Assembly (NCBI GenBank): GCA_001600815.1
Contig: BCKZ01000016.1
Coordinates: 62,001-104,008, forward strand
Direction: 5' to 3'
DNA: 42,008 nt
Origin: Alloascoidea hylecoeti
Taxonomy: Eukaryota
In this document: piece after piece, positions 1-11,903 of the stretch
Layout: every line of letters starts with the position of its first letter
How positions within the stretch are numbered: the first letter of the stretch is position 1
Program-made: the position numbers and the translations under genes
The notes under the pieces: generated by a model
Databases searched by the model: none
Told to the model about the DNA's origin: nothing
The model's input: only the letters and a program-made list of their open reading frames with translations

Positions 1-139
1 ATGGTGAATCGCATACTTGTACGTAGAATAATAAGCCTTCTGCTTATTTCGGGAACTAAGAAGTCATGATTCCTCGGATTACAGACGTCGACCTCTAGAT
101 TTTATATAGTTGTAATTACTTTCTAGAATTGTTGTCACC

Positions 140-460
140 TGAAATCTCGCTTGTTGGAATTATGGAAGACATTAATTGAATGATATATTTAAAAAGATGG
201 GTTTTGGATAGTGTATCAAAAAGGAGTTATTCGTTTTACAATTTAGACGATTGTGGAACAAATTAAGGAGAAACACATCAGAAATTTAAACTTTTAGATC
301 TATATTCATATGTAATTATATTAATAATTTAAGAGCTCCAGATCTTTCTCCAAATCGTTGCTATAAATTGCAAGATATAGGAATTGAAGACATGGAAAAG
401 CTCATTCAAAAACATCATTTGGTAGATTGCAGGTTCACTGCACAGACAATTACAAGCTAA
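140..460 (+). mobile_element. Possible degenerate 3' remnant of a non-LTR (L1/LINE-like) retrotransposon ORF2, zf-RVT zinc-binding region
   Basis: Broken + strand frames read FRRLWNK (~242-262), NF*IYIH (~289-309, TAG where W is expected) and CYK...E...HHLVDCRFT (359-439). This order matches the zf-RVT pattern WxxIW...FxWxxxH...CxxC...E..HxxxxC. The second Cys needs a 1-nt indel. Boundaries approximate. Confidence 0.35.
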
Positions 461-576
461 AAAAAACATTATCAATGTTATGTTCAAGCGGATTGAAGGA
501 AGGAGGAAAGGAAGAAAGAAGAAAGGAGAAAAGTGAGAAGTCTGAGTATCAGGGAAACTTCTATATTATAAATATA

Positions 577-2142
577 TTATACTAAGTAAACAGAATCAAC
601 ACATCCAAATCCAGCAGCAACTCCACCTTCGTCACTACTCTTAAACTTACTTCTTAACAGCCAACCAGATTCATAATTTACACCGTCAACAACATTCCCT
701 TTATCATCGTATAGAATAGATCCAAATACTCCTAATTCACTAACTACATCATCTGTAATAGATTGACCTTCTCTAACAATTGTATTTTGAAAATTTGGAG
801 GTGTTATAAGTTCCATAAGAATATATCCTGCCCATTCATCTTCTGGAATTGAATTTAAAAATGTTGGTATATTTTGTTTATAAATATTATTACCACCTCC
901 TTCACGTTGTGGTTTTAAAACAAAATTTTCAGGATTTGAAAATGCAATTTTACGTGCTTCAAGACCTAATGGAGAATCATCAAGAGGGTATATCTTAACA
1001 AATGTATCCAATATATCATTTAAGGTCTCAGTTTTATCATTAATTGTAAATTTTGATAGAATTTCTTTATCAGTAAGTAATTGCTGGACTTTCTTAGCAC
1101 CTGCTAATTGCATTAATAAAGTTGGACATTTAATTGCCCAAGTTGTTTCTAAAGAAACTCTTGCTTTCCAATCCTTTTCACTTGTGAAATCAGAAGGAGC
1201 ATATGCTGATCTATAATAAACAACTGAAATTTCATCACCACTTTCATTATGATATAAATGACCAGTTTTTGATATATTTGTTTTTGATTCAATATCTGAA
1301 AGTGTTAAACGATAAGATTTAATGTTATACTTTGAAAATAAATAATTGGTAACTTTTGTTTGATCAAATATATTTCGTTCATTTGGTTGAACAATCATTA
1401 ATATAGCAGTTGATGATTCAGAATTTGAATTTGATGATGATAATGATGATTTCAAATAAGCATTATGACCAGATGCTAAACCTTTTGCTATTTCAAATGC
1501 AGATTTAGATTCAGGTAATGAATCTAAAGAATATTCAATATTATTATTATTATTTGTATCAATTGATTTTGAGTGATTATTATAAACTCCAGATGAATAT
1601 AAATAACGATGTAGATCTGCGACTAATGTACTTAATCCACCAAAAGATACAGAAATTGTATTAAATTCAATTTGTTTAATTACAAATTCATCTTTTGATT
1701 TTTGATGTATCATATAATCAGATCTAAAAATTCCAAGTGATAATTTTTGTTTAATTCCAATTTTTTTTGATAATTGATATGATTCCCATAATTTCCCTGT
1801 AAATGATTTGTCATACTTTGATAGATCTTCAAGTATATTACTAAGCCATTCTTCATCAGAAGCAACTTTTACGTATAGTTGATTGAATCTTTTTTGAACT
1901 TCAAGGGCCTTGTGAAAAGATGAGGCAGGAAATGGAGAGGGATAAACTGTAGTTGGAGCATGAGTTGATGAAGAACCTGTAAAATTGGGTGGATACATTG
2001 CTAAACCGTGGGACAATGAGTAATGCTGGATGATTGAGATCAAAGAAGATTGGGAGTGATCCTCTCGAGGAGCCCCTTCGGCTTCGGCTTCTTGAACAGC
2101 TACTGGAGGATACGAAGAGAAAATTTGAGAAATTGAGGCCAT
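577..2142 (-). CDS. GSH2: Glutathione synthetase (eukaryotic type), 521 aa
   Basis: Intact ATG-TAA ORF with family motifs GIFRSDYM, KQIEFNTISVSFGG, VYYRSAY.P, LAGAKKVQQ, FVLKPQREGGGNN, SELGVFG and EGGVAAGFG. Confidence 0.96.
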   Translation of the reverse strand: MASISQIFSSYPPVAVQEAEAEGAPREDHSQSSLISIIQHYSLSHGLAMYPPNFTGSSSTHAPTTVYPSPFPASSFHKALEVQKRFNQLYVKVASDEEWLSNILEDLSKYDKSFTGKLWESYQLSKKIGIKQKLSLGIFRSDYMIHQKSKDEFVIKQIEFNTISVSFGGLSTLVADLHRYLYSSGVYNNHSKSIDTNNNNNIEYSLDSLPESKSAFEIAKGLASGHNAYLKSSLSSSNSNSESSTAILMIVQPNERNIFDQTKVTNYLFSKYNIKSYRLTLSDIESKTNISKTGHLYHNESGDEISVVYYRSAYAPSDFTSEKDWKARVSLETTWAIKCPTLLMQLAGAKKVQQLLTDKEILSKFTINDKTETLNDILDTFVKIYPLDDSPLGLEARKIAFSNPENFVLKPQREGGGNNIYKQNIPTFLNSIPEDEWAGYILMELITPPNFQNTIVREGQSITDDVVSELGVFGSILYDDKGNVVDGVNYESGWLLRSKFKSSDEGGVAAGFGCVDSVYLV

Positions 2143-2328
2143 TTTCCAGATATTTACAGTGCGGACATAAAGAATTGTTATCTTGAAGAAGAATCAAAAA
2201 AGATTGGAGGTTGGATGTACGGATGTATCACTTTGCTCTAATGAATATAAAACATCCTTCAGAGACCAATAAACTTCACGCTTCCAACAAAATAGAAAGA
2301 CACACAAAGCTGTGGTGTTTGGTGGGAA

Positions 2329-5300
2329 ATGAATAACTCTCAGAAGCAGAAACAGCGAACTCCTCTGAATCCGAGGGATGAGTTGAACGGGAGAAGATAT
2401 GCCTTATCCGAACCACAAACGCAACCTAAGGTTTATCCACTGGCGGGTGGGACTAATGATGGAAATAATAATTCAAATGGCCTAAAACGGCTACAAAGTA
2501 GGTTTTTCTTTAAAAACATCTTGAATATTATGATGATATAACTAACCTTTATTTTTTTTTCTTAGAGGAATATCCTGATTTTCATCCGTGGCATCACTCA
2601 ACTGAAGAAGACTCACTGGCAGTTAAATATGTTCAAAAAGGTTATTCTGAATCTTTACATGTCAAAAATGAATTAGTATCAGCAAGAAATGTAATGCACA
2701 AAATTTTACGTAAAAAAAATTCAATATATGAGTTATCGAAATATATGTTAACAACAATTGAATCAAGAGAATCGATTAATAAAATAAGATCACACTCTAC
2801 TTATAAGCCACCTCCAAGAGTTACACTGACAGATCAGAAAAAGGAAGCATGGTTAAGGGATTTATCTTCAAATGATGTTTCTTTAAGAAGATTATCGAGA
2901 ACGATACCACACGGGGTTAGGAATAAAGCCCTATTAGAACAATGTACAAACAAGCAAATCCCAATACCAAGAGCCATTTGGTTTGCACGATGTGTTGGTA
3001 CAAACGAATTAAGAGCTTTAAAACGAAAAGGTAATCATGTTCCTTTAAGTGAACAAAATTGGATTGTTGAATGGACTGAACAAGTTGAAGAATTTATTGA
3101 AAGAACTGCTGCTGAATCAATAGCAAGTGTTAAATCTGATATAAATAATAATCCTCATAAAAATAATTGGAAAATTAAAATGGATTATACAATAAGATTA
3201 GCAACCAATTTATTTAATGAAGGATTAGTTGATCATAATCATTTTTTAATTTGGATAACAAAAACATTATATTCAACTAATTTTTCACAGTTACCAATTT
3301 CATTAATAATTATTCAAATTTTTTGGTCATCATTAATAAAATCAGAAACATTAATAAAAAATTTAGCAGAATCTTTAATTCATCAATATATTCAAGTTTC
3401 AAATCAACTAAAAGTAAAATTAAAACTATTCAAACTATCATCTTCATCTTCATCAAATAATAATGTTGATATTAAAGAGAATGATTCACCATTAATTTCA
3501 TTTTATAAACAATTAAAATCTAAATTATCAATATTAATAACGTTATTATTTTTTATAAATCCAAATTCTTTTATAATACCGAAATCATGGAAATCAATTT
3601 CAAAAATTTTAAAATCTTTATTACCAATATCAAAACCAATTATAAATAATTTATTTAAATTAATTAATTTTAGAAATGAAAATTTAATGATTTCAAATAA
3701 ATCAAAAAGAAAAGAAATATTAATATTAAATGTTTTAAATGATTGTTTTAATAATAATCTAAAAGATAATAATCATAATGAAAATAAAGATCAAGATGAT
3801 GATGATAATGATCTTAATGATTTCGATGATAAGAAACTTGATGATAATGATGAAGATGAAAATGAAATAAATGAAGAAAATGAAGAAAATGAAAATAAAA
3901 ATAAACACAATTTAAAACCAATAAATGATATTAAATCAATAGAGAAAAAACTGTTACAGGCAGTAAAGAATGGTAACTCAATGAAAGAAAATGAAAATAT
4001 TTTAGAAAAGAATAATGATAATATTAAAATTAATATGAATATTGATTCCGAAGAATCTAATAATTATAATAATTTTGATTCGGATTATAATTCAGATAAT
4101 GATCCCAATTCAGAATCTGATTCTCGATTTAATGATAAAAAAGAATTAATAATGATTTTATTTGATTCTTGTACTTCAATTTACAGAAATAATTTACATG
4201 AGATTTATCTTGTTGTTTCATTATTATTAAAATGGTATGAAGAAGATTCAAATTCAAAAACAGACATAAATCCAAATATAAATATAAATATTGATACAAA
4301 TATAACAACAACAACAACAACAACAACAACATCATCATCATCATCATCATCACTAAAATTTACAAAATTAAATATATCAGAATTAATACTTGATTTTTTA
4401 TTTAAATCAATTAATTTAAAATCATTTAAATTTTATAATTTTAAAAAAATTTCAATATTAATAAATTTATTAATTAAATTAAATTTATTTAAAATTGAAA
4501 ATTATATAAGGAGATTTTTTGGTAATGGATATTTATATGTTTTAAAATTTAAAAAATTATCAATATTTCATTTAAAGATTTTTAACAATTTTAATAATAA
4601 TAAAAAAGATTTTTATTTTTTATTTAAAAAAGATAATTCATTATTATTAAAAAATGATTTAAAATTATTAAAAAATCAAGACAATTTGATTAAAGAAGTA
4701 ATTGATTTTTTATCAATTAAATTAAATAATAATGATGATAATGATAATGAAATAGGATTAAATGAAAATGAAAAATCAATTATTAAAAATCTTTTCACAT
4801 CATCAAAAAATCAAATAATTGTTTGGATTAATGAAGAATCTGAAAGAATTCTTAATAGTAATTCAATGTCAAATTATAAATATTTAATGTTTTATAATGT
4901 TTTATTATTAGTTGATGATTATTTGACAATTTTTGATATATCATTCAAGATAATTGAACAGTATGAACCAGACAAAATCAATGAATATGGAGATGAAAAT
5001 GGAAATGGAAAAGGGTTTAACTGTTTTGTATTATTTAATATCTCAAGGGTTATCTGGCTACATTTTGATATATTTAAAATGATCAATCCAATTTCATTAA
5101 AAGAACTTACAAATAGTTTATTAACCAAATTCAAATCATTTGTTGATAATAGTTTTAAAAATAAAAACATCAGTAATAATAATAGCATTTTACGAAACAC
5201 TATACCCTTATCATTTTGGTATTTTATTGATTTTGTAATTAATATTCATTATATTGATGATGACTTAAGAGAAGATCTAAAGTCAATTGAACGACAAATT

Positions 5301-7503
5301 AATGGAAATTACAGTGAAAATAATATATTTAAACAACTTAAACTATCAAATGTTTCAAGTCCTCAATATGCTGAAGTATCGAACTTAAGTCCTATTAGTG
5401 ATGTCTATGCACAAACTTATAATACTAACACAAATAATAGTACTAATAATGGTATTGGTATGACTAATATTATGATTAATGGTAACCAAATTGATCTTAT
5501 GAATTTAAATTTATTTGAAGAAAATTTAAATGCATTACTTAATAATATACAAAATTCAAAACCAACTTCTTCAATGAATTCGACAATAAATAAAGAATCA
5601 ATTGATTTAAATTTAAATTTTAGAAAATCATTTAAATGTTTAAAACTATTAAAAGAAATAAATCATCAAAATTTTAATAAAATTTTAAAAAATTGGTTAA
5701 AAAAGAAAATTGAAATTGAAATTGAATTATTAATTGAAGTTAAAATTGATTATAATATTTTCTTAACAATTTTATTATTCTTAATTATTTTTGATATAAT
5801 TGAACTAAAAGAAATTGTTAATTTATTAATTTTTGGTAAAGAATTTGAATTTGAATTTGAATCTGAATCTGAATCTGAATCCCAATCAAATAATAATTTT
5901 ACATTATCAATTCCTGGTTCTTCATATCGTTGTAGATTAATTATAAATTTATTAACTTGGGATAATTCAATGGATGATGACAATACTTTTATAAAAATTT
6001 CAATTTTTGAACAATTAACTTTTAATTATTATAAAGAAAGATTTTTGAAAGATAAAACTAATAACAAATTGTTTATTAGTGCAATTTCACAACATATTAT
6101 TGGATGCTCAAAATCATCGACAGCAGCAACAACAAATTTAGATTTTTCAATCAATGATAGTAATATCGTTAATAATAGTCATAATATTGATGATAACAGA
6201 CCTATGGTTGAAATTGACGAATTTTTATCAACTTTAATTAATGACGGTAATATTAATTTAGTTAAAATATTCATTATTGATGAAATTTTAAAAACTAAGA
6301 ATTCAATTGCTATTTCAAATATGATATTTGTGTTTAAACGAATGTTGAAACAACAATTATTTTATGAAACTGATAATGATAATGATAATGAAATTAGTTT
6401 GAATTCTATTATTTCAATAATTAATGACTTTAATCTACCTCTATGTCAATTGTTAATAAGAATAATATTAACAAATGATCCATCAAATGACTCTAATAAT
6501 ACTAATAATGAAATGGATATCGATATTGATATTAATAATGATATACGTCAATCAAATCAACAGCAAAATCAATTAAATTCACAAATATTTAATGATAACC
6601 ATAACAATAATCATAAAGATTTGAATCAAATATTAATTAAATGTAATGATAATTGGTTAAAAGATTTTTTAATTCAATGTTGTAAATCTAAAATTAAATT
6701 GAATTTGATTGGTGATTTATTTTCATTAATTAATAATAATTTAAAAACTTCATTACTTCAATTATGTGAAAGATTATTTTTTGAAAATAATAATAATTTT
6801 CCAAGAGTTTTAATCGATATTGATGATAGTGTAAATGAACATGGAAATATAAAATTTAATGCTACGAATTATATATTACAAATTGTTGGCGCCATTGCAA
6901 CATGCGCAGAAAAAGATTTATCACAACAATTATCATACTTTTTATTAACTAGTTTGGAGAGATTGGTGGTCTGCTGTAATGAATTTAAAAATAGTGATGA
7001 TTTGATAAACACTTCTTCTTCGCCCGATGGTGGTAAAGATGAAATCAATAATATTGATAGCATTTCAAAATCGGATTTAAAAGACGGTATCATGTTATTA
7101 ATCAGGATAATTTTGATTCATAAACATATTTTATTAGAAACTAATGATATTAATGGTTTCCGAGATAGACTATTGGAAGGATTGACTAATTTATTAGAAA
7201 CTTCTTTTGTTGAATCATCCCCCGACTTTCGAGGATTACTATTTGATAGCTTAATGTCAATTCAGGTGTCTTCAGCTAGTATTGCAACACAGACAATTAA
7301 TGATAATAAACCAGAACATAATGGCAATATAGGACATTCGAAATCAAATTTTCTTTCATTATCTAGTGGGCTTAGTGCAAGTCTCAATAATAATGGTAGT
7401 AATAGTAATACTGGAACTAAATTAACTTCACTTGTGAGTGGTTTCTCACAGAACCAGACATTTCAACAACAACAGAAACAACAACAATTACAGCAACAGC
7501 AGC

Positions 7504-7545
<42 letters not shown>

Positions 7546-7910
7546 TACAGCAACAACAACAACAGCAACAACATCAACAACAACAACAGTTTCAACCTCA
7601 GTTTAGATTACCAGCAAATTTAAATTCATCTGCTAAAACATCACAAAATATCTTCAATTCTCTTATGTTACTTCAGAATCTACCAGATTTTAAACAATTT
7701 AAAGAATTTATTGAGCAAAGTGAATATGATAATGATGAATCGTTATTATCTGATTTAATGCTCTATAATACCGGAAATGATACATATTCTGAGTTGCATG
7801 CTAGACCATTTGATTTCCTAGAGGACGGAAATCCAACAATGGGTATTAATGATGTTGCATTAAGTTTAAAGTTATTTGATACAACTGTAGAGAGGAAAAA
7901 TCCTCGGTAA
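2329..7910 (+). CDS. SRB8: Mediator kinase-module subunit Med12/Srb8, two exons (2329-2497, 2566-7910), ~1837 aa
   Basis: Intron 2498-2565 (GTAGGT, AACTAAC, poly-T, TAG) joins the 70-aa and 1738-aa ORFs in frame and restores the fungal Med12 N-terminal YPDFHPW motif. The Med12 domain follows: PPRVTLTDQKKEAWLRDL...LRRLSRTIPHG...IPIPRAIWFARCVGTNELR. C-terminal poly-Q. Confidence 0.92.
4304..4352 (+). repeat. Compound (ACA)n(TCA)n coding microsatellite (poly-Thr/poly-Ser) in Med12
   Basis: Directly visible run of aca units followed by tca units. Confidence 0.9.
7464..7589 (+). repeat. (CAA/CAG)n coding microsatellite, poly-Gln tract in Med12
   Basis: About 42 codons, nearly all CAA/CAG, with a few K/L/H interruptions. 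Confidence 0.93.
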
Positions 7911-8195
7911 CATATAATTTGTTTTTGTCATGCATGTATTAGCTTATATACAAGATAAATTAAAAGTTAATATTGATCTGAATGATAATTATGTTTATGA
8001 ATATAGAATTAAATACATATATAAAGTTAGAAACAGTTTGTTAAATACCGAATATAATGGGGTGTCATTAAATTCTTTGCAATTGATTTTCATTTGAATC
8101 AATAAAAGTACAAAAATAAGTGTAAATGTCAAATTAATGCAATTGTAACTAGTCTTTACATATATGCTCTATAATAATGTAATAACTACACCGAT

Positions 8196-10748
8196 TTAGA
8201 TTATAGTAATGTCAATTGTTGTTTCAACCTTTATAACATCTTCTCCCGATAAGCCAACATTATCTTGGGTCTTTTGTTTAGGGTATCCATCTAAAGAAGA
8301 ATCAGGTAAATTTCCATTAAGAATAGTGATATCGTTAATTGTACGATTCTTAGAGTTATTTTGATCATTAACCATTACGTCAATGAGAGTTTTACGAGCC
8401 TGTAATCTAATTCTTGATTCATCGTCGTCTGTACCAGTTATAGTGATTTTAATACCTGCAATATATAGTCCATAATGTATTTGTGAGAATTTTAAAGATG
8501 TAACTTCTCGAACACATGGATCGTTTAAAATTTTTTTTGCAACAAGATTAATTTTATCATCACCCGTAAAAGATAATAATAAAACCTCAGCTAAATACCT
8601 TGCAATAATTGATCCAAAATAACACATTGATATACCAATTAATGGTGATATTATTTCATCAATTCTTTCACGCCATTCATGGCTACCTAATGGATAAATA
8701 AGCAATATAAATGAAAAAATAATAGTTATAACATTTGATGGATTATTTGCAAAAATATTATTTGATCCTAAACTGTACCAAACTTTTTGAATTTTTTCAT
8801 TTGCTTTTTTCATTAATGATTCTTTACCAAGTTTATCAAATCTTGATAAACCTTTAGCAGAAATTAAAGTTACTGCCAATTCAAATATAACTAAAAATTC
8901 AAAATAAATCCACCAGGCTAAACCAACAGAACCAGCTGTATGATCATGATCAAGAGTTAGTCCAGCAGCTCCAGCATCATTATCCATATGAACAACACCA
9001 TGATGGTGACCACCATTGGTTTCACCATTTCTATCATAAAATAAAAATTCAACACATTCTTCAACTGAATGAGATAATATATCACCACCCATAAATACTA
9101 AAAATATACTAAGAGCAAAACCAGATAATATTTCAATACGCTCTAAACCAAATGGATGTCTAACACTACTTTGTTTCCAGGATTCAAAATTCCCCACAAT
9201 ATCAACACCCACGAGAATAGTTGAACTTGCAGCATCGTAAAATACTAGATGAGCTAAACTTGTAATTGCAGAAGAACCTGTATTTGATGTGAAAAGTAAC
9301 AATGCAATTAAGAAATGAAATAAACAGAAGCCAATTATAATCTTTTGATCCTTTGTCATACTTTTAATACAGTCGTTAAAAGTTGGAATTGGTAATGAAG
9401 CAGGGACTGGTAAAGGAGCTCTGATTTCTGGTTCTTCAAACATATTCAATGAAATTGAAGAATGTTTATATTTATGACCACGACGAGAATTCATTTTTGA
9501 ATTTGGAACTGATAATGTTCCTGCTCCACCTCTTACAACTATTGGATTATAATTAAATGGCATTGAAGGATCTGTGGTACTTTCACTACCAAATTTGAAT
9601 TCTTTAGAAGGTGGTGGAGACATTAATGATTGAATTTCTTGACGTGAAAATGGCATTGGAGATTTAGGTCTTCCTCTACTGCTATAATTAAACGATTCTG
9701 TCGAAGGGGTTAGTAGATTTCGTTGAGAAAATGTAGCATTAGTGGCTGATAATGGTAAAGGAATTGAAACGGATTGAGGACCGTGAAATGATGCTCTTTT
9801 ATTTTCAGTAGTTTGTTTGCTACCATTACTTATCAAGTCCGATGTACTATGGCCATTAAGAAGTATTGTTTCTTTACTATCGTTACCACTGTTTAAATTA
9901 AGAGGCTCAGGACGATGAAACCTTGATAATCGAGGGGTTGTTCCTAATCCAGCACCGATAGGCCCATTTTCTTTTATGGGTGCAAAAGCTGGCGGATCTT
10001 CTTCAGATATGTTGATCATAGATTGTGGCCTTGTACTATAAACTCTGGGTTTTCTTGGGATAGGACTAGTAGCATTTTGGACTATACGAATACCAGCACC
10101 AAACCCACCAATCGCAGTTGCTGGACGAGGAATTGGAGATAACAGACTTGTTTCTGATCTGTTTTTATATTGGATTACTGTATTCTTCGACTTTCCTGTA
10201 TCGTATGCATCTAATATATTTGAGTTTTGTATAGGTTTTGCAGGGTTGAAATTGGACCCAAATAGAGACATTGTAGGTGGAACAGTTCTCGAATAACGCG
10301 CCGGGAGATTATCGTATGGAGATCTTTTCGCGTTATTTTGTTTTTGGCTTCCCCAACTATGATTACTGCCCAGAGAAGAATTGGAACCGGTTCTTCTTAA
10401 ATATGAGGGATTTGGGGCCTCTAGAGGTTCGTCATCATCACTGCTAAGAGACCCAGGTCCCATTTGAGACCAATCAATTCCGAACCCTAAAGAATCAGAC
10501 TCAGATTGCAGAGTCAAAGACGAAGCGGAGCCAAAATTTCCTACTCCTCTTCTTTCATATAGACTAGTGTGGTGTTGGTTTGTGATATTCAAGTTTCCTG
10601 AATCTGTGTCCTTAATCTCTGCTTGTTCCTCGATAACAGTTTGGGGAACCACTAGTAATTCTCCTACCGATTGCTGCTGTGAATCCGAAAACTGTCCAAG
10701 ACTCCTTAGACTTCCGTTCGACGATTCATAAATTTGTGGAATCGACAT
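8196..10748 (-). CDS. ZRG17: ER zinc transporter subunit, cation diffusion facilitator family (Zrg17-like), ~850 aa
   Basis: The ORF-track start at 10781 is TTG; the first ATG is at 10748. A long Ser/Pro-rich N-terminus ends in the Zrg17-type motif RRGHKYKHSSISLN.F.EP. CDF-like TM helices follow with W..SS...PFGLERIEILSGFA and a His-rich loop. Confidence 0.85.
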   Translation of the reverse strand: MSIPQIYESSNGSLRSLGQFSDSQQQSVGELLVVPQTVIEEQAEIKDTDSGNLNITNQHHTSLYERRGVGNFGSASSLTLQSESDSLGFGIDWSQMGPGSLSSDDDEPLEAPNPSYLRRTGSNSSLGSNHSWGSQKQNNAKRSPYDNLPARYSRTVPPTMSLFGSNFNPAKPIQNSNILDAYDTGKSKNTVIQYKNRSETSLLSPIPRPATAIGGFGAGIRIVQNATSPIPRKPRVYSTRPQSMINISEEDPPAFAPIKENGPIGAGLGTTPRLSRFHRPEPLNLNSGNDSKETILLNGHSTSDLISNGSKQTTENKRASFHGPQSVSIPLPLSATNATFSQRNLLTPSTESFNYSSRGRPKSPMPFSRQEIQSLMSPPPSKEFKFGSESTTDPSMPFNYNPIVVRGGAGTLSVPNSKMNSRRGHKYKHSSISLNMFEEPEIRAPLPVPASLPIPTFNDCIKSMTKDQKIIIGFCLFHFLIALLLFTSNTGSSAITSLAHLVFYDAASSTILVGVDIVGNFESWKQSSVRHPFGLERIEILSGFALSIFLVFMGGDILSHSVEECVEFLFYDRNGETNGGHHHGVVHMDNDAGAAGLTLDHDHTAGSVGLAWWIYFEFLVIFELAVTLISAKGLSRFDKLGKESLMKKANEKIQKVWYSLGSNNIFANNPSNVITIIFSFILLIYPLGSHEWRERIDEIISPLIGISMCYFGSIIARYLAEVLLLSFTGDDKINLVAKKILNDPCVREVTSLKFSQIHYGLYIAGIKITITGTDDDESRIRLQARKTLIDVMVNDQNNSKNRTINDITILNGNLPDSSLDGYPKQKTQDNVGLSGEDVIKVETTIDITII

Positions 10749-11903
10749 ATCAAATGTTTTAATATTTTGACTTCTGGACAAAAAGTTCCGGTGTTAACTT
10801 TTCGAAATTTAAAATTTAATTTTCCAAAAATGATTATCCAAAGTACTGTTTTCTATATATCTCCTTGATAGAACGTTCCTGACAGAATTTCATCTATCGT
10901 CTTCACAGTAAAAGGTATCCCTTAGTTTTTTTCTGTTTTTGATTTTTCCGATGTTTTTGGAAAGAGAAAATTAGTAGATTTGATTGTTAACTCCATGGTC
11001 TGCACGTCAACCGCCTTTTTGCTTGTATAAAACACACACACACACATCTGCGGCACAGATACTTTGCAATATTGATAATTATATGCCGAAAAGTGTCAGG
11101 AGTCAATACTTGACAGATACTAGTTATAGGTATAATTGAAACACTAATTATGGTCTGGTAAAACAATTCTACGATTAGAAGAATAAATCATTGGCACAAT
11201 ACGAAGATGTAACAATGAGATCAAATTTACATATAAATGGTACAAAATCTACAAAGTTTGGATTATGTTAAACTATGTAAAGATACGTAGTAAATATGTA
11301 AAAAGTAAAACCTTGCTCCCATATACCCCTTAGGTTAGTACTTATATTCTAAATTTGGTTTAATTGTTCATCTTTGTATTATGCCAATAGTTTATTCTTC
11401 AATTCGTATGAATTGTTCTGTCTAGATCTGTTCCTATCACTACCTCCTTATCTGGGTTATTCGGTTATACCCAACAATATTTTGCAATTAGTGGGATCAA
11501 CTAATTAATTGAGGAGAAACAAAGAAGATTTTATTACATGTAACTTATACATGTATATCTAACTTATATAATTGTGCAATTACATAGAATCCGGATATAG
11601 ACGCCCATATCAAACAATAACGATTAAGAGCAAATCTGTCTGTCGTTCACCAAACGATTCTCTGATGGATGCAAAAGAGACAGAGTATATTACAAACTAT
11701 ACCCAAAATTTATTATAATTAATATTGATAACTATAAGATACACCATAGCCAAGTAATATACTATTCAGTTTCTTTTTCATGTTTCTTTTTTCAAAAAAA
11801 CAATTTAAATTTAATTAAAACTTGATGATAGGCAGTTTCAAGATCTATAGATGCTAAAAGTTATGTAAATGAAATTTAGATTTAACAAAATTAAAATCAA
11901 AAA

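Noticed and set aside
10749..10781. TTG-initiated extensions of ZRG17 (also SDH3 at 33615, repeat gene at 20897, HAP4-like at 35769)
   Set aside because: ORF-finder near-cognate starts; explained by a nearby ATG or by an upstream exon.
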